This document shows positions 35,788 through 46,407 of a DNA stretch of 64,000 nt, one piece after another. A program made the translations under genes and the position numbers. The notes under the pieces are model-generated. The model saw nothing but the letters and a program-made list of their open reading frames with translations, ran no database searches and was not told where the DNA came from. Source of the stretch: Piromyces finnis finn (lineage: Eukaryota; Fungi; Neocallimastigomycota); the NCBI GenBank assembly GCA_002104945.1, contig MCFH01000089.1:1-64000 (forward strand), in the 5' to 3' direction. Within the stretch, counting starts at the first letter, position 1, and each line of letters opens with the position of its first letter.

Positions 35788-36660
35788 ATGGTTAAAATAA
35801 ATAGTTCTAATGAAACTTATAATAGTAAATTAATAATAAATTTACTTAAAAGATATGGTCTTTTTAGTAATAATAATATATATTTACTGGATATAAGAAT
35901 TTTAATATGTAGAATAATTAAATGTAAAGAATATAATGATTTAAAGAATATACTTGAATTATTATTTGAATATAATAATGATGATATTTTAAAATTACTT
36001 TTTTATTATAAAAATAAAATAATAATTTCAGAAAATGATTTAAAAAATATAATATCTCAAAAAGATAAAATAAATTTATATATTAATTTTATTATAGAAA
36101 ATATTCATTATAAAAATTATATTGTAGAATTTTGTTACGATACAACAGGAACTGTAACACCTTTACATGTTGCTACTCGACATAATGCAAGAAATATCAT
36201 AGATTTATTGATGAGTTATGGAGCAGATATAAATATAGTTAATAATAAGGGTGAAACTGCATTTTTTTTTAATTGTAAATATTATTCTTCTCTTTTAGGT
36301 ATTGACTCATTACTTAAATATAATATAAACATTTTTATTAAAAATAATGAAAATGAATCATTAGTATTTTCATTTATTAGATATATAGGTTCTAAATTTG
36401 AATTTCAGTATATTTCCATGTTAGAATATTTATTTAAATTAGGATTTGATGTTAATGAAACAGATAAAGATGGTAGAACACCATTAATGGAAGCAAGTTA
36501 TTGTGGAAATATTAATGTAATGGAAGTTTGTTTAAAACATGGAGCGAATTTATATAGGAAAGATAATAAAGGAAATACAGCATTATCACTTGCACAAACA
36601 TTAACTAATAAAAGAGTAGAAAATTATTTAATTGAACATGGTGCTACATGGAAATTTTAA
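35788..36660 (+). CDS. Ankyrin-repeat protein with conserved N-terminal helical domain
   Basis: TPLHVA, GETAFF, GRTPLMEA and GNTALSLA repeats. N-terminus LLFYYKNKIIISENDLK is shared with 40177-41373. Confidence 0.9.
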   Translation: MVKINSSNETYNSKLIINLLKRYGLFSNNNIYLLDIRILICRIIKCKEYNDLKNILELLFEYNNDDILKLLFYYKNKIIISENDLKNIISQKDKINLYINFIIENIHYKNYIVEFCYDTTGTVTPLHVATRHNARNIIDLLMSYGADINIVNNKGETAFFFNCKYYSSLLGIDSLLKYNINIFIKNNENESLVFSFIRYIGSKFEFQYISMLEYLFKLGFDVNETDKDGRTPLMEASYCGNINVMEVCLKHGANLYRKDNKGNTALSLAQTLTNKRVENYLIEHGATWKF

Positions 36661-39600
36661 GGATTTTAATATCTTCTCATCTAAATTCATTTGTCCATCA
36701 GCATCATTATTGGATTCGTTTGAATTTTCAATATTTGAACTGGTATCCCTTAATTCAATATCAATTACTTTTAAATCGTTTTCTGAAGGCTTAATATCTT
36801 CATCAATATCCATATCATTTATTCTTGCTACTGTATTGTATAAAATATGAACTACTTCTGAATTCAAAGAAGTTTCATCATTCTTATATAACTCTATTTT
36901 GTTAATACTTCTAAGGTCATCTAAATCATTATATATTGTATCGATATCTTCAATTTCTCCTACATTACTCAACTTATCACATAAATTTTGTATTGCTGAT
37001 TTTGAATTATCAGACTTTAATATTGAATCTGGATCAATTTCTGTAATTTCAGATAAGTGAATGATGATTTTCTTAAATTTTTCTTTAAACAACGATGATT
37101 GTGAATCAAATTCATCAAACGAATGTAAAGAATTGTCTTCAATACTTTCCTTATACTTATTTTCATGTGCTTTAACGGTGCTAAAATATAATGAAATCAT
37201 ATTTTCTAATTCATTTCTAGTTATTTTAATATCACTATATTTATTTGCATAATTAGAATCTCTTAATACTAAAACGTAATCATTAACTATATTATTAAAC
37301 TTACTGACAAACTCTTCACTTTGTTCTTTATCAAATAAATCTTGGTTTTCAGTATACGTCTTAACAATATTACTCCATAATTCATCCATTGAGTTAGCAC
37401 CTTTATATAAGGAATTTATATCTTTCATATCGTATTTATCAGTATCAACTGGTAATATGTTGGGATCTAATTTCATATCTTTAAATGTTCTTAGGATTTC
37501 TAGGGTTGTGGATGAAATTTGAATATCAGTTTCTACTTTCAATTGATTACAAAATTTACAAGATTCACCTCCACTTCTTTTCGCTAATTTATTTTTGCAT
37601 TGGTTGAATACTGCATTGTAACTACTCTTACTATAAGCTACTTTGGATAAACTACTAGCTGCTGAATGTTCAATAAAATGGGGTCCATCATTTATAATAT
37701 TAACAAACTTATATTTATCTTCTGCTCCAATATTTATATTAACAGGATAGGTTTTTTCTATAAAGTTTTGGGTTGCTAAATGCCCAATAATTGTAAATTC
37801 GTCCTTTTCAGCGTTTTTAGTATTTTTTCTAGCTGTCAAAAATTTTAATCTATTGTTTATATCAGATAATTTAGTATTTAATATACTTGTCATTTTTTCT
37901 TTAACTGATTTACTACTCCTTGCTTTTTCATATTCACTTTCTATTAACAAACTTTTTTGCTCTTCATAAAATCTGTCAAAATTTCCGTTTGTATTTATAA
38001 TATAGTTTCTCATCATTTCACTATTTTTAGCTGTATTACCTATTTTTTCCAATTCATCGTAATTCTCATCTTCATAACCATTTTTAAATTCATTATAAAA
38101 TGTGCTTATAACATTTTTTTTACTCGATTTTTTATCTAAGAAATCTATAAAGTCAAAAATGTTCTCTTGCACAAAATCATCTATATTTTTTTCACTATTT
38201 GAATTTTTGTAATTTTCATATTTGCTTAGATTTTCTTCTATATTAATATAAGTATTCTTCATTTTGTTTAATTTGTCTTTATTTTCGTTAAAAAAATTTT
38301 CAAAAATTGATTTTTTTTGTTCTTCAAATTTCGCTTTTATATGTGCTTCTTTCGCGTTATTATATATTTTATTTAAATCACTTTCATGATTTCTTTCATA
38401 CCTTTCTTTATGCGATTCATAACCACTACTGATACTTGTACTTAACTCCATCAATTCATATTTTAGATTATCATCTAAACTATCAAACGTAGGGTAATTT
38501 GTTTCAAAAGATACTTTGAAATCACGGTTACTTAAAAAATAAATTTCATTAGTCAGCAATTTTTTTAACTCATCCTTTTCATTTTGCTTTTGCTTTTGGT
38601 TTTTAGAAAAACTTTTATAAAATGTATCTAATATATTTATAATGTCTTGATTAACATTATTCATATTTAACTCTTTGTTTTCTATTTCTTTTATAATCTC
38701 TGGAATATTAATATTCATACTATTAAATTCGCTGATTTTATTATGAAGATTTGAATGTTCATTACTTCGAGCTTCTATAAACTTAGATGCCTCTTCTTCA
38801 ATGCCAATATAATCTGTATTGGAATAATAACATAATAAATTATCATCGCTTTTATAAATATTACTATTAAACAATTTTTCATTTAATTGATTATCAATTC
38901 TATTACCACTTCTATCTGAAACTATATAATTATCAGGAATGTAAGACGGTGGTTGCTGTGTTGGAAGTATATTTCTAGTAGTAAGAATTATACCACAATC
39001 TGGAATTATACTAATATCATCCCCTTTAATAAAAGCACTATTACTTGTGTATTCAGAAGATTTACCATATCCTTGAATTATGTCATTTAAATCGTTTAAT
39101 GATTCATTGTCATAACTATTCATAATATATTGACCGTTATTATTTTTTAATTGAAACGCATGTATATTATTATTAAGACTAACAATAAAATATAAATTAT
39201 CATTAGAATCATCTTTGATTAAACTGTATGTTGGATTAGAATTATCAAATAAAATTTTGCAAGTTTGTAATTGATGACATTGTGATGCTACATCTTTAAA
39301 ATAATTAACAATATAACTGTTGGAATGATTATTATCATATTGTGGTGCAAAAGGAACATTGTTTTTAATAGCATCTCTAAATTTAATTTTATTAGAGTTT
39401 ATATTACTATCTTTTCTATAAAAAGATAACGTAGTCATGTCATTTTCACCGTTAATTAATCCAATACCATCAGTATTCAATTTTCTAAATACATCCAAAT
39501 TTTCAAAATGCGTTTTAACCAGTTCATTATTATTATCAGCATTGTTATTATCAGCATTGTTATTATTATTAACATTGTTATTATTAGTTTCAGTTCTAAA

Positions 39601-39966
39601 GGCATCAAATAATGTGCTCTCAATAGTTAATCCTAATCTATGAATAGCTAATTTTTCAGCTTTTTTATACAACTCTTTAAATTTGATTTCAATTCTTTGA
39701 TTTTGTCTTTCTATATCATTTTCATGTTTTCTTATTTCTCTTAAACTTGGAATAATATCGATTATATCTTTCTCTACTTTATTACTTGGATCTTTACTAA
39801 TATTAATTTTCATAAATTCAAGATTTGCATCCTTAACTATATTTCCATCATGATCTCCAGCAGATAAAATTAATAATGCTAATTGAATATCTAAATGATT
39901 GTAAGGACTACAATATATTTTTGTAATACTTATTAAAATCAGAATAAACCATTTAATTATTCTCAT
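36628..39966 (-). CDS. Large (about 1110 aa) secreted protein of unknown function
   Basis: Likely start MRIIKWFILILISITKIYC (signal peptide) at 39966. Intronless, with a C..LAKRSGG..C motif. The 3' end overlaps the convergent ankyrin gene by 33 bp. Confidence 0.75.
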   Translation of the reverse strand: MRIIKWFILILISITKIYCSPYNHLDIQLALLILSAGDHDGNIVKDANLEFMKINISKDPSNKVEKDIIDIIPSLREIRKHENDIERQNQRIEIKFKELYKKAEKLAIHRLGLTIESTLFDAFRTETNNNNVNNNNNADNNNADNNNELVKTHFENLDVFRKLNTDGIGLINGENDMTTLSFYRKDSNINSNKIKFRDAIKNNVPFAPQYDNNHSNSYIVNYFKDVASQCHQLQTCKILFDNSNPTYSLIKDDSNDNLYFIVSLNNNIHAFQLKNNNGQYIMNSYDNESLNDLNDIIQGYGKSSEYTSNSAFIKGDDISIIPDCGIILTTRNILPTQQPPSYIPDNYIVSDRSGNRIDNQLNEKLFNSNIYKSDDNLLCYYSNTDYIGIEEEASKFIEARSNEHSNLHNKISEFNSMNINIPEIIKEIENKELNMNNVNQDIINILDTFYKSFSKNQKQKQNEKDELKKLLTNEIYFLSNRDFKVSFETNYPTFDSLDDNLKYELMELSTSISSGYESHKERYERNHESDLNKIYNNAKEAHIKAKFEEQKKSIFENFFNENKDKLNKMKNTYINIEENLSKYENYKNSNSEKNIDDFVQENIFDFIDFLDKKSSKKNVISTFYNEFKNGYEDENYDELEKIGNTAKNSEMMRNYIINTNGNFDRFYEEQKSLLIESEYEKARSSKSVKEKMTSILNTKLSDINNRLKFLTARKNTKNAEKDEFTIIGHLATQNFIEKTYPVNINIGAEDKYKFVNIINDGPHFIEHSAASSLSKVAYSKSSYNAVFNQCKNKLAKRSGGESCKFCNQLKVETDIQISSTTLEILRTFKDMKLDPNILPVDTDKYDMKDINSLYKGANSMDELWSNIVKTYTENQDLFDKEQSEEFVSKFNNIVNDYVLVLRDSNYANKYSDIKITRNELENMISLYFSTVKAHENKYKESIEDNSLHSFDEFDSQSSLFKEKFKKIIIHLSEITEIDPDSILKSDNSKSAIQNLCDKLSNVGEIEDIDTIYNDLDDLRSINKIELYKNDETSLNSEVVHILYNTVARINDMDIDEDIKPSENDLKVIDIELRDTSSNIENSNESNNDADGQMNLDEKILKSLKFPCSTMFN

Positions 39967-40176
39967 CTTTAATTTATTAAAGATTTTATATAAATAAAAA
40001 TAAAATATTATAATCATTTTATATTTATTAGTTTATTTTACTTTATTTTAAAAATATATATTATTTATATATCTATTGTAAATTTTAATGATATATAATT
40101 ATTTAAATAAGCTCTATTCGAATAAAAATACCTTAATTATAACATCAAACAAATAAAAATTATATTTACTTTCATA

Positions 40177-41373
40177 TTATTTTGCTCCATGGATAATTAA
40201 ACTTTTAATACTAGCTTTTTCACTAAGATTCTTACGTGCAATACTTAATGGAGTATTACCATCATTATCCATTTTATTTATATCTGCTCCATGATCAATG
40301 AAATAATTTATTATACAATTATTTCCATGTTCACATAATTCATGAAAAGGTATTCTTCCATTTTTATTCGCTTTATTTATATCTGCTCCATTCTCAATAA
40401 AATATCGCTTTAACCTTGAAATAGAAAGCTTACTATCATCACGACAACTTATTAATAATGGTGTATTACCATCATTATCAGCTATATTAACATCAGCACC
40501 ACACTCTACCAATTTTTTTACCAATCTATCATCTCCGTATTTACAAGTTACAAGTAATGCTGTTTCACCTTTATTATTTCGTATATTAATTTCTGCACCA
40601 TTTTCCAGTAATAACGGTATATAAAAATATTTTGTTGTATACCTACACAATTCTATTAATGGAGTATTTCCTTCATTATTAACTTTATTTATATCTAAGC
40701 CTTTTTCTATTAAAAAATTAAATAATTTTACATCATTATCACTACGTCTTTTACAAAATTTGTGTAATAATGTATTTCCATAATTATCTACATCATATAT
40801 CTTAGCTTTGTATTTATCAATTAGTAATTTTATAATATCAAGAGAAAGATTACATTTACATAAATATAATAAAGCTGTTTCACCTATATTATTTCGGAAA
40901 TTTACATTCGCCCCATAATCAAATAACATTTTTACTATTTCTTCATTATTACTGACACAAGCAATATATAAAGGTGTAACAAAATAGTAATCAAAATTAA
41001 AAATATATCTATCAGCTATATAAAAATTAACAATAGAATTAGACTTTTTTTCTTTTTCTTTAATTAATAATAGCTTTAGTTCTTTATTCGAAAACTGTGT
41101 TTTATTTTTGTAATAAATAAGTAAAGTTATTATAAAATCATTGTCAAACCTAAATTGTTTATCAAATTCATAATCTCTATCATATCTATAATTTTCAAAT
41201 AATTCGCTCAATACATTTTTTAAATTTCTTGCTTCTCCATACATTACTAATTTGCAAATTAATTCTTTTATATTTTCAGAATTAAAATTTCCTTCATTAT
41301 ATATTTTGTAATGTTTAAGCAACTTTATTACCTCTGAATCTTCTTTATTCTTATAATACTCGATATTGTTCAT
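40177..41373 (-). CDS. Ankyrin-repeat protein (about 8 repeats)
   Basis: TPLYIAC, GETALL, GNTLLH, GNTPLI, GNTPLL, GRIPFH and GNTPLS repeats. Confidence 0.93.
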   Translation of the reverse strand: MNNIEYYKNKEDSEVIKLLKHYKIYNEGNFNSENIKELICKLVMYGEARNLKNVLSELFENYRYDRDYEFDKQFRFDNDFIITLLIYYKNKTQFSNKELKLLLIKEKEKKSNSIVNFYIADRYIFNFDYYFVTPLYIACVSNNEEIVKMLFDYGANVNFRNNIGETALLYLCKCNLSLDIIKLLIDKYKAKIYDVDNYGNTLLHKFCKRRSDNDVKLFNFLIEKGLDINKVNNEGNTPLIELCRYTTKYFYIPLLLENGAEINIRNNKGETALLVTCKYGDDRLVKKLVECGADVNIADNDGNTPLLISCRDDSKLSISRLKRYFIENGADINKANKNGRIPFHELCEHGNNCIINYFIDHGADINKMDNDGNTPLSIARKNLSEKASIKSLIIHGAK

Positions 41374-41965
41374 ATTCCGAAAATATTATTATAACATGCA
41401 ATATTATTTATATTTCGAAAAGAGTAAATATATAAAACAATAAACAAAACTTATACCTATATATTATTTCTATTAATAAAAATCATTTTAAAACTAGATA
41501 TAAAAAAAAATAAAGACTTTATTTTTTTGAATTTTGTTACATTTTTGGAAATTAATAATATTTTATTTTATTTAAATATTTTAATTAAATGATTTATATT
41601 ATAATATATTATAATACATTTTATTTAATGTAAATCATTAATTTAAATTTAATTAAATAATTTACTCATTATATAATATATAATAATTTATATTGTATTG
41701 TATATTTATTTATAAAAAAAAATAATATTTACATTTTTATTAATGTGCCAAAGCAAAATTTTATTTTTTGTATAATATGAACAATATTATCATCTAGTGA
41801 TATTTTTTTACATGAATGTGGATATGAATGTAGATGGATTTAATTAATGTAATTCAAAGTAATTAATATCAATGTATTATTCATAAAATAAATTTAAATA
41901 ATAGAAAATAATATAATATATTAATAATAATATAATATAATATAATAAATTGTTTTACTAATTTG

Positions 41966-42002
41966 AATAAAACAGTAATATTAGTAATATTACTGTTTTA
42001 TT
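41966..42002. other. Perfect 17-bp inverted repeat with 3-nt loop
   Basis: AATAAAACAGTAATATT-agt-AATATTACTGTTTTATT. Confidence 0.85.
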
Positions 42003-42180
42003 TTTATAAAGTATTTTATAAACTGATTTAATAAAAATATAATTAAAACATAAATTATAATAAAAATATTATTATTAATAATATTAAATTAAAATATTTA
42101 AATATCATCGAAAAAAAAAATAGTAGTAATAAAAAAAAAAGTAGTATTGATATTTTTAAATAAGTAAAAAAGAAAAAAAA

Positions 42181-42894
42181 ATGAAAACTTTTAATCTTTT
42201 AATACTTATCTTAATTACAACAATAGCTTCAACTTTTGCTAACTCTACCTTTTTTTCTAATTTGTTAAAAAGAGATAATTTTGTTGACTCTGAAGCCAGT
42301 GCTATTTCTGAAGAATGTATCGAAGAAAACAATAATTCCGAATATAGTAACGACTGTATGCCTATCATTACTATTGGAAATTATAAAGAAGCTTGCTCTA
42401 ATATCAAATCTGAAAAATGTCAAGCATTCTATAATGATCCATTAAAGTACTTCCCAATTTGCAGTAAAATTCCTCAATTTGTAGAAGCAATGCAACCCCT
42501 TATAATTAGGGATTTAGTACAAGGCTTAGAAAGTAAATGTTTCACCGATGAAAATAATGAGTTATGTCCATTCTCTATATATGCAATCACATTAACTGGT
42601 GAAGATGAAGCTTTATCAGACACATGTAAATCAAAAAAATGTACTGAATCTTTAATTAAGTCTTTCAAAGAAATTAATGTCGACCGCTTTGCTGCTTACG
42701 AAAATTTATCATTTACTACTGAAAGTTATACTTATCAAGATATAAATTCTATCAAAAATTCAATTTCTTTCTTAGAATCTGATAAATGCAAATCTTCTCA
42801 TGAAACAAGTGATGCAGGCGATTATATTACTACTAAAATTACTACTGTTTTATTACCTTTATTAATTTTAACCTTATTATTATTCTTATATTAA
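42181..42894 (+). CDS. Secreted Cys-rich protein, probable GPI anchor; paralog of 34474-35184
   Basis: Same Cys spacing (ISEECIEE, CFTDENNELCPFSIY, CKSKKCT), signal peptide and hydrophobic tail. Confidence 0.8.
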   Translation: MKTFNLLILILITTIASTFANSTFFSNLLKRDNFVDSEASAISEECIEENNNSEYSNDCMPIITIGNYKEACSNIKSEKCQAFYNDPLKYFPICSKIPQFVEAMQPLIIRDLVQGLESKCFTDENNELCPFSIYAITLTGEDEALSDTCKSKKCTESLIKSFKEINVDRFAAYENLSFTTESYTYQDINSIKNSISFLESDKCKSSHETSDAGDYITTKITTVLLPLLILTLLLFLY

Positions 42895-43947
42895 ATAAAA
42901 TTAAAATTACTATCATATACATATAAATATTAAAATATTATATATAAAAGAATTATAATAATTAATTCAATGACCTTTTAATAACTCTATTTATACTTTT
43001 ATAAATATAATTATTTGGTTTTATTAATATTTATTTATAATATAAGGTGTTGTTGTACTAATTTTATATATCTTTAATATTTAAAATAAAAATATTAATA
43101 AATAATATATTTTTATTTATTACATGGATAATAAAATTTAAAACTATTAAAAATTTGTTTTTTTTTTTTTTTTTAAAATAGTATAAATATATATATATTC
43201 TATTTTTTTTATATTAAATTAATTATTTCTATACATTTTTTTTTTATAAAAAAAATTTCTATAATAATTGGTTTTACTCATTAATAGTATAGTAATAAAT
43301 ATAATTATTTAAAGCAGTCATTTTTATAATGAAAATATAGAAATATAATATGAAGTATTTTATTACAAAATTAATTTTTTTTTTTAAAAAAAAAAGCTAC
43401 TTTAAATATGATAAATATTTAATAAAAATATAAGAAGAAATAACTTTTAACAATTTAATATTTCATTATTTATTATAATTATCATTTTTATTGTTATAGA
43501 CTATTGTTTATCAAATGTCATTACCATTATTAGAATAATAGAATAATATAATTAATATTATTATTAATAGTACAATTATACATTATACCTTATTCCTAAG
43601 TATCGCTTGATATTAAAGTATTATATATCGTTAATTTAATATTTTTATTTTTAATTTTTTATATTACATGTATTATAATTTTAATTAAATTAATAATAAA
43701 GTTTAAAATATTTGATGCCGTTAAAAAAATTTAATATTTTATAGTTATAAATATATAAATTCTTATTTTAAAAAAATACTATTTTAAAAGATTTTAACAA
43801 AGTTCTATTTATTATACTTCTTTTTAATATATATAATATGTATAGAATGTTATATATATATATGTGAATATCTATTGCCTATTATATTTTATTATATTAA
43901 TTTACATTAATATATTTATATTATATATAATTTATATATTCTATGGA

Positions 43948-44619
43948 TTACCAACATTTTCCATAATTTGGTTTGCATCCTGTACTACAATAAGCATCAC
44001 TTGTACCACAATAACCATATTTGCTACAACATTTATTATTTTTACATATATAAACACCATCAGATTTACTTCCACATTTATCAGTAGATAATATAGTTGG
44101 GATTGAAGGGTTTTTCTGTGTTGTAATATTATTAGCATAATAGGTTTTAGTACCAACAATATAAGTTTTATTAGGAACAGTAAAAGTGTTTGTATAAGTG
44201 ACTACTTTATTAACTTTGGTAGTAGTGGATTTGGATTTAATGCCATTAGTAGTAGATTTGGCTTTAATAGAAGTACTATTTTTAGTTTTAGTTACAGTAG
44301 TTTTAAATGTTTTTGGATTTGATGTAGTAGTTTTAAAATTAACATTAATATCATTGTTATTCATTTCGCCTTTTAATTTGTCGAAAATATCATTGTTATT
44401 TATTTCGCCTTTTAATTTGTCGAAAATATCATTGTTATTCATTTCGCCTTTTAATTTGTCGAAAATATCAGAATTATTCATTTCATTTTTTAAATTATCA
44501 AAGATATCAGAATTGTTCATTTCATTTCTTAAATTGTCAAAGGCATCAGAATCGAAAACACCATTTGAATATACCATATTAATAATTGGTAGTAATAAAA
44601 GAAAAATATTGAATAACAT
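43948..44619 (-). CDS. Secreted chitin-binding protein (C-terminal CBM18/hevein) with 13-aa repeats and Thr-rich linker
   Basis: CGSKSDGVYICKNNKCCSKYGYCGTSDAYCSTGCKPNYGKCW; repeats DIFDKLKGEMNNN; signal peptide. Confidence 0.9.
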   Translation of the reverse strand: MLFNIFLLLLPIINMVYSNGVFDSDAFDNLRNEMNNSDIFDNLKNEMNNSDIFDKLKGEMNNNDIFDKLKGEINNNDIFDKLKGEMNNNDINVNFKTTTSNPKTFKTTVTKTKNSTSIKAKSTTNGIKSKSTTTKVNKVVTYTNTFTVPNKTYIVGTKTYYANNITTQKNPSIPTILSTDKCGSKSDGVYICKNNKCCSKYGYCGTSDAYCSTGCKPNYGKCW

Positions 44620-44887
44620 TTTATTCTAAATTAATAATAAGGGATTAAACTATCTAGTTTATTTTTTTTTTTGTTGTCTTTATTTAAATATTGATAATAT
44701 TTATTAATATTAAATATTATTTTTATTAATTATTAATTTCAAAATTTTATTTTTACTTTAAATAAATAAAAAAAAATCAATTTAGATTTTAATGGTTTAT
44801 ATGTTTCTTTTTCTTTTTAAAAAAAATACAGTTTTTAAATAGTTTAACTTGTCATATTTATTATTTTGTAGTTTGTATAAGGGTTAT

Positions 44888-45517
44888 TCACCATGAGATT
44901 GTGAACCCAAGTTCACAAGCAAGTTCTCGGGCCTTACAAAAGCATTTAGATTTTTTAAATTCATTGTATTCATAAATAGGATGTGGAACTTCTACCACCG
45001 ACGACTTTATTTCGTTAATGGACTTTCGAACCGAAATGGCTTTTGCACCAAATAGCATAAAAACAACAGGATGGTCATTTGAAATATAGTGTACTAAATT
45101 ATTAATAAAAGGTTCCCATAACAAATGATAATGATATGGTAAAGGATCAGCAATAGTTCGTGTAAAGCAAAAATTACATAAAAATATTCCATTATTTAGC
45201 CATTTATCTAAGTGATGATTGTATGGTCGCTGAAAAGTAGCTACTGTATCTTCTAAATTTTTGTAAATACGTTCCAATAATAATGGTGGATTACAGTTTT
45301 TAGATCCAAAAGCTATGTCTGAAATATCTCGAGTATTTTTATACGGCATATCACCTATCATTACAACTTTAACATCACTTAACTTGACATACTTGAAGAT
45401 TCCAAATACATCTTCCAGTGGTGGTGTAAAATAAGTATTTCTCAACTGATTATATATATGTAATACTAATTTAGAATTTTTTATAAAGAAATCGTCCCAA
45501 GACATGTGCGTCACCAC
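44888..45517 (-). CDS. ung: Uracil-DNA glycosylase family 1-like, divergent motifs
   Basis: VKVVMIGDMPY (GQDPY position), LDKWLNNGIFLCN, WEPF, VVFMLFGAKA, VVEVPHP. Confidence 0.88.
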   Translation of the reverse strand: MVTHMSWDDFFIKNSKLVLHIYNQLRNTYFTPPLEDVFGIFKYVKLSDVKVVMIGDMPYKNTRDISDIAFGSKNCNPPLLLERIYKNLEDTVATFQRPYNHHLDKWLNNGIFLCNFCFTRTIADPLPYHYHLLWEPFINNLVHYISNDHPVVFMLFGAKAISVRKSINEIKSSVVEVPHPIYEYNEFKKSKCFCKARELACELGFTISW

Positions 45518-46407
45518 TAATTTTATTTTCTTCCACTTTCACTCTTAACTTTTATTATTTATTAATTTTCTTAATATTTAATATTAATCAAAATTATAAA
45601 GATAAAGCTATCAATAAATATAATTTTTTATTTTAATTTTAATAAATTATTCATAAAACAAATCAAGGATAGGAGAAAGTTTTTATAAAATGGTTTTTCC
45701 AAAATTAAAATATTTTTGATATCTCAATACTAATCGTCATTTATTTTCATTTGACATTAATATAATAATGTAAAAAAAAAAGTTGCTATTATTTATGATT
45801 GGTTCATGAATTTAATGAAATAAAAATACTTTTTTTTATTTCTTTATAGTATTTTCATAGGAAATACTTTTGGAAATATATTATATTTTAAAAAATGAAA
45901 TATTAAATATATAATATTTCAATTATTTAAAATTTTTAGATATATATAATATAATAATATAATAATATAATAATATAATAATATTGTTTTTTTAAAAAAT
46001 ATTACATTATATAAAAGGTTTTTAAGGATATTTAGATTTAATTATCAAAGTGTCAATTATAAATTCAAATTAACAAATTTATATAATTATTTTTATTTTT
46101 ATTTTTTTTAAATATTATTAAATTTTAAATAATTTTATTAGTTTTACAATAATAATTAATAAGAGTGAATTATGTATTATTAAAGGAAAGATATACAGTA
46201 AATTTAATTTCATTGGTCATCATAAAAATAAAATAAAAAAAAAGTTATTATTCTATTTAAATAATAGTATAATAAACTATAATTTTATTGTTCTACATAC
46301 ATGTATTTCTATTTACTATAAATTATAAATAAAAACCAAATAAATTTTCAAATGTAATAAATATAAATTTTATAAATATAAATGTAAATATAAATATTTA
46401 ATACTTA

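Noticed and set aside
33925-42030. Shared 15-mer TTTATAAACTGATTT upstream of the genes at 33881 and 42181
   Set aside because: A match of this length is expected by chance in sequence this AT-rich; not significant without more loci.
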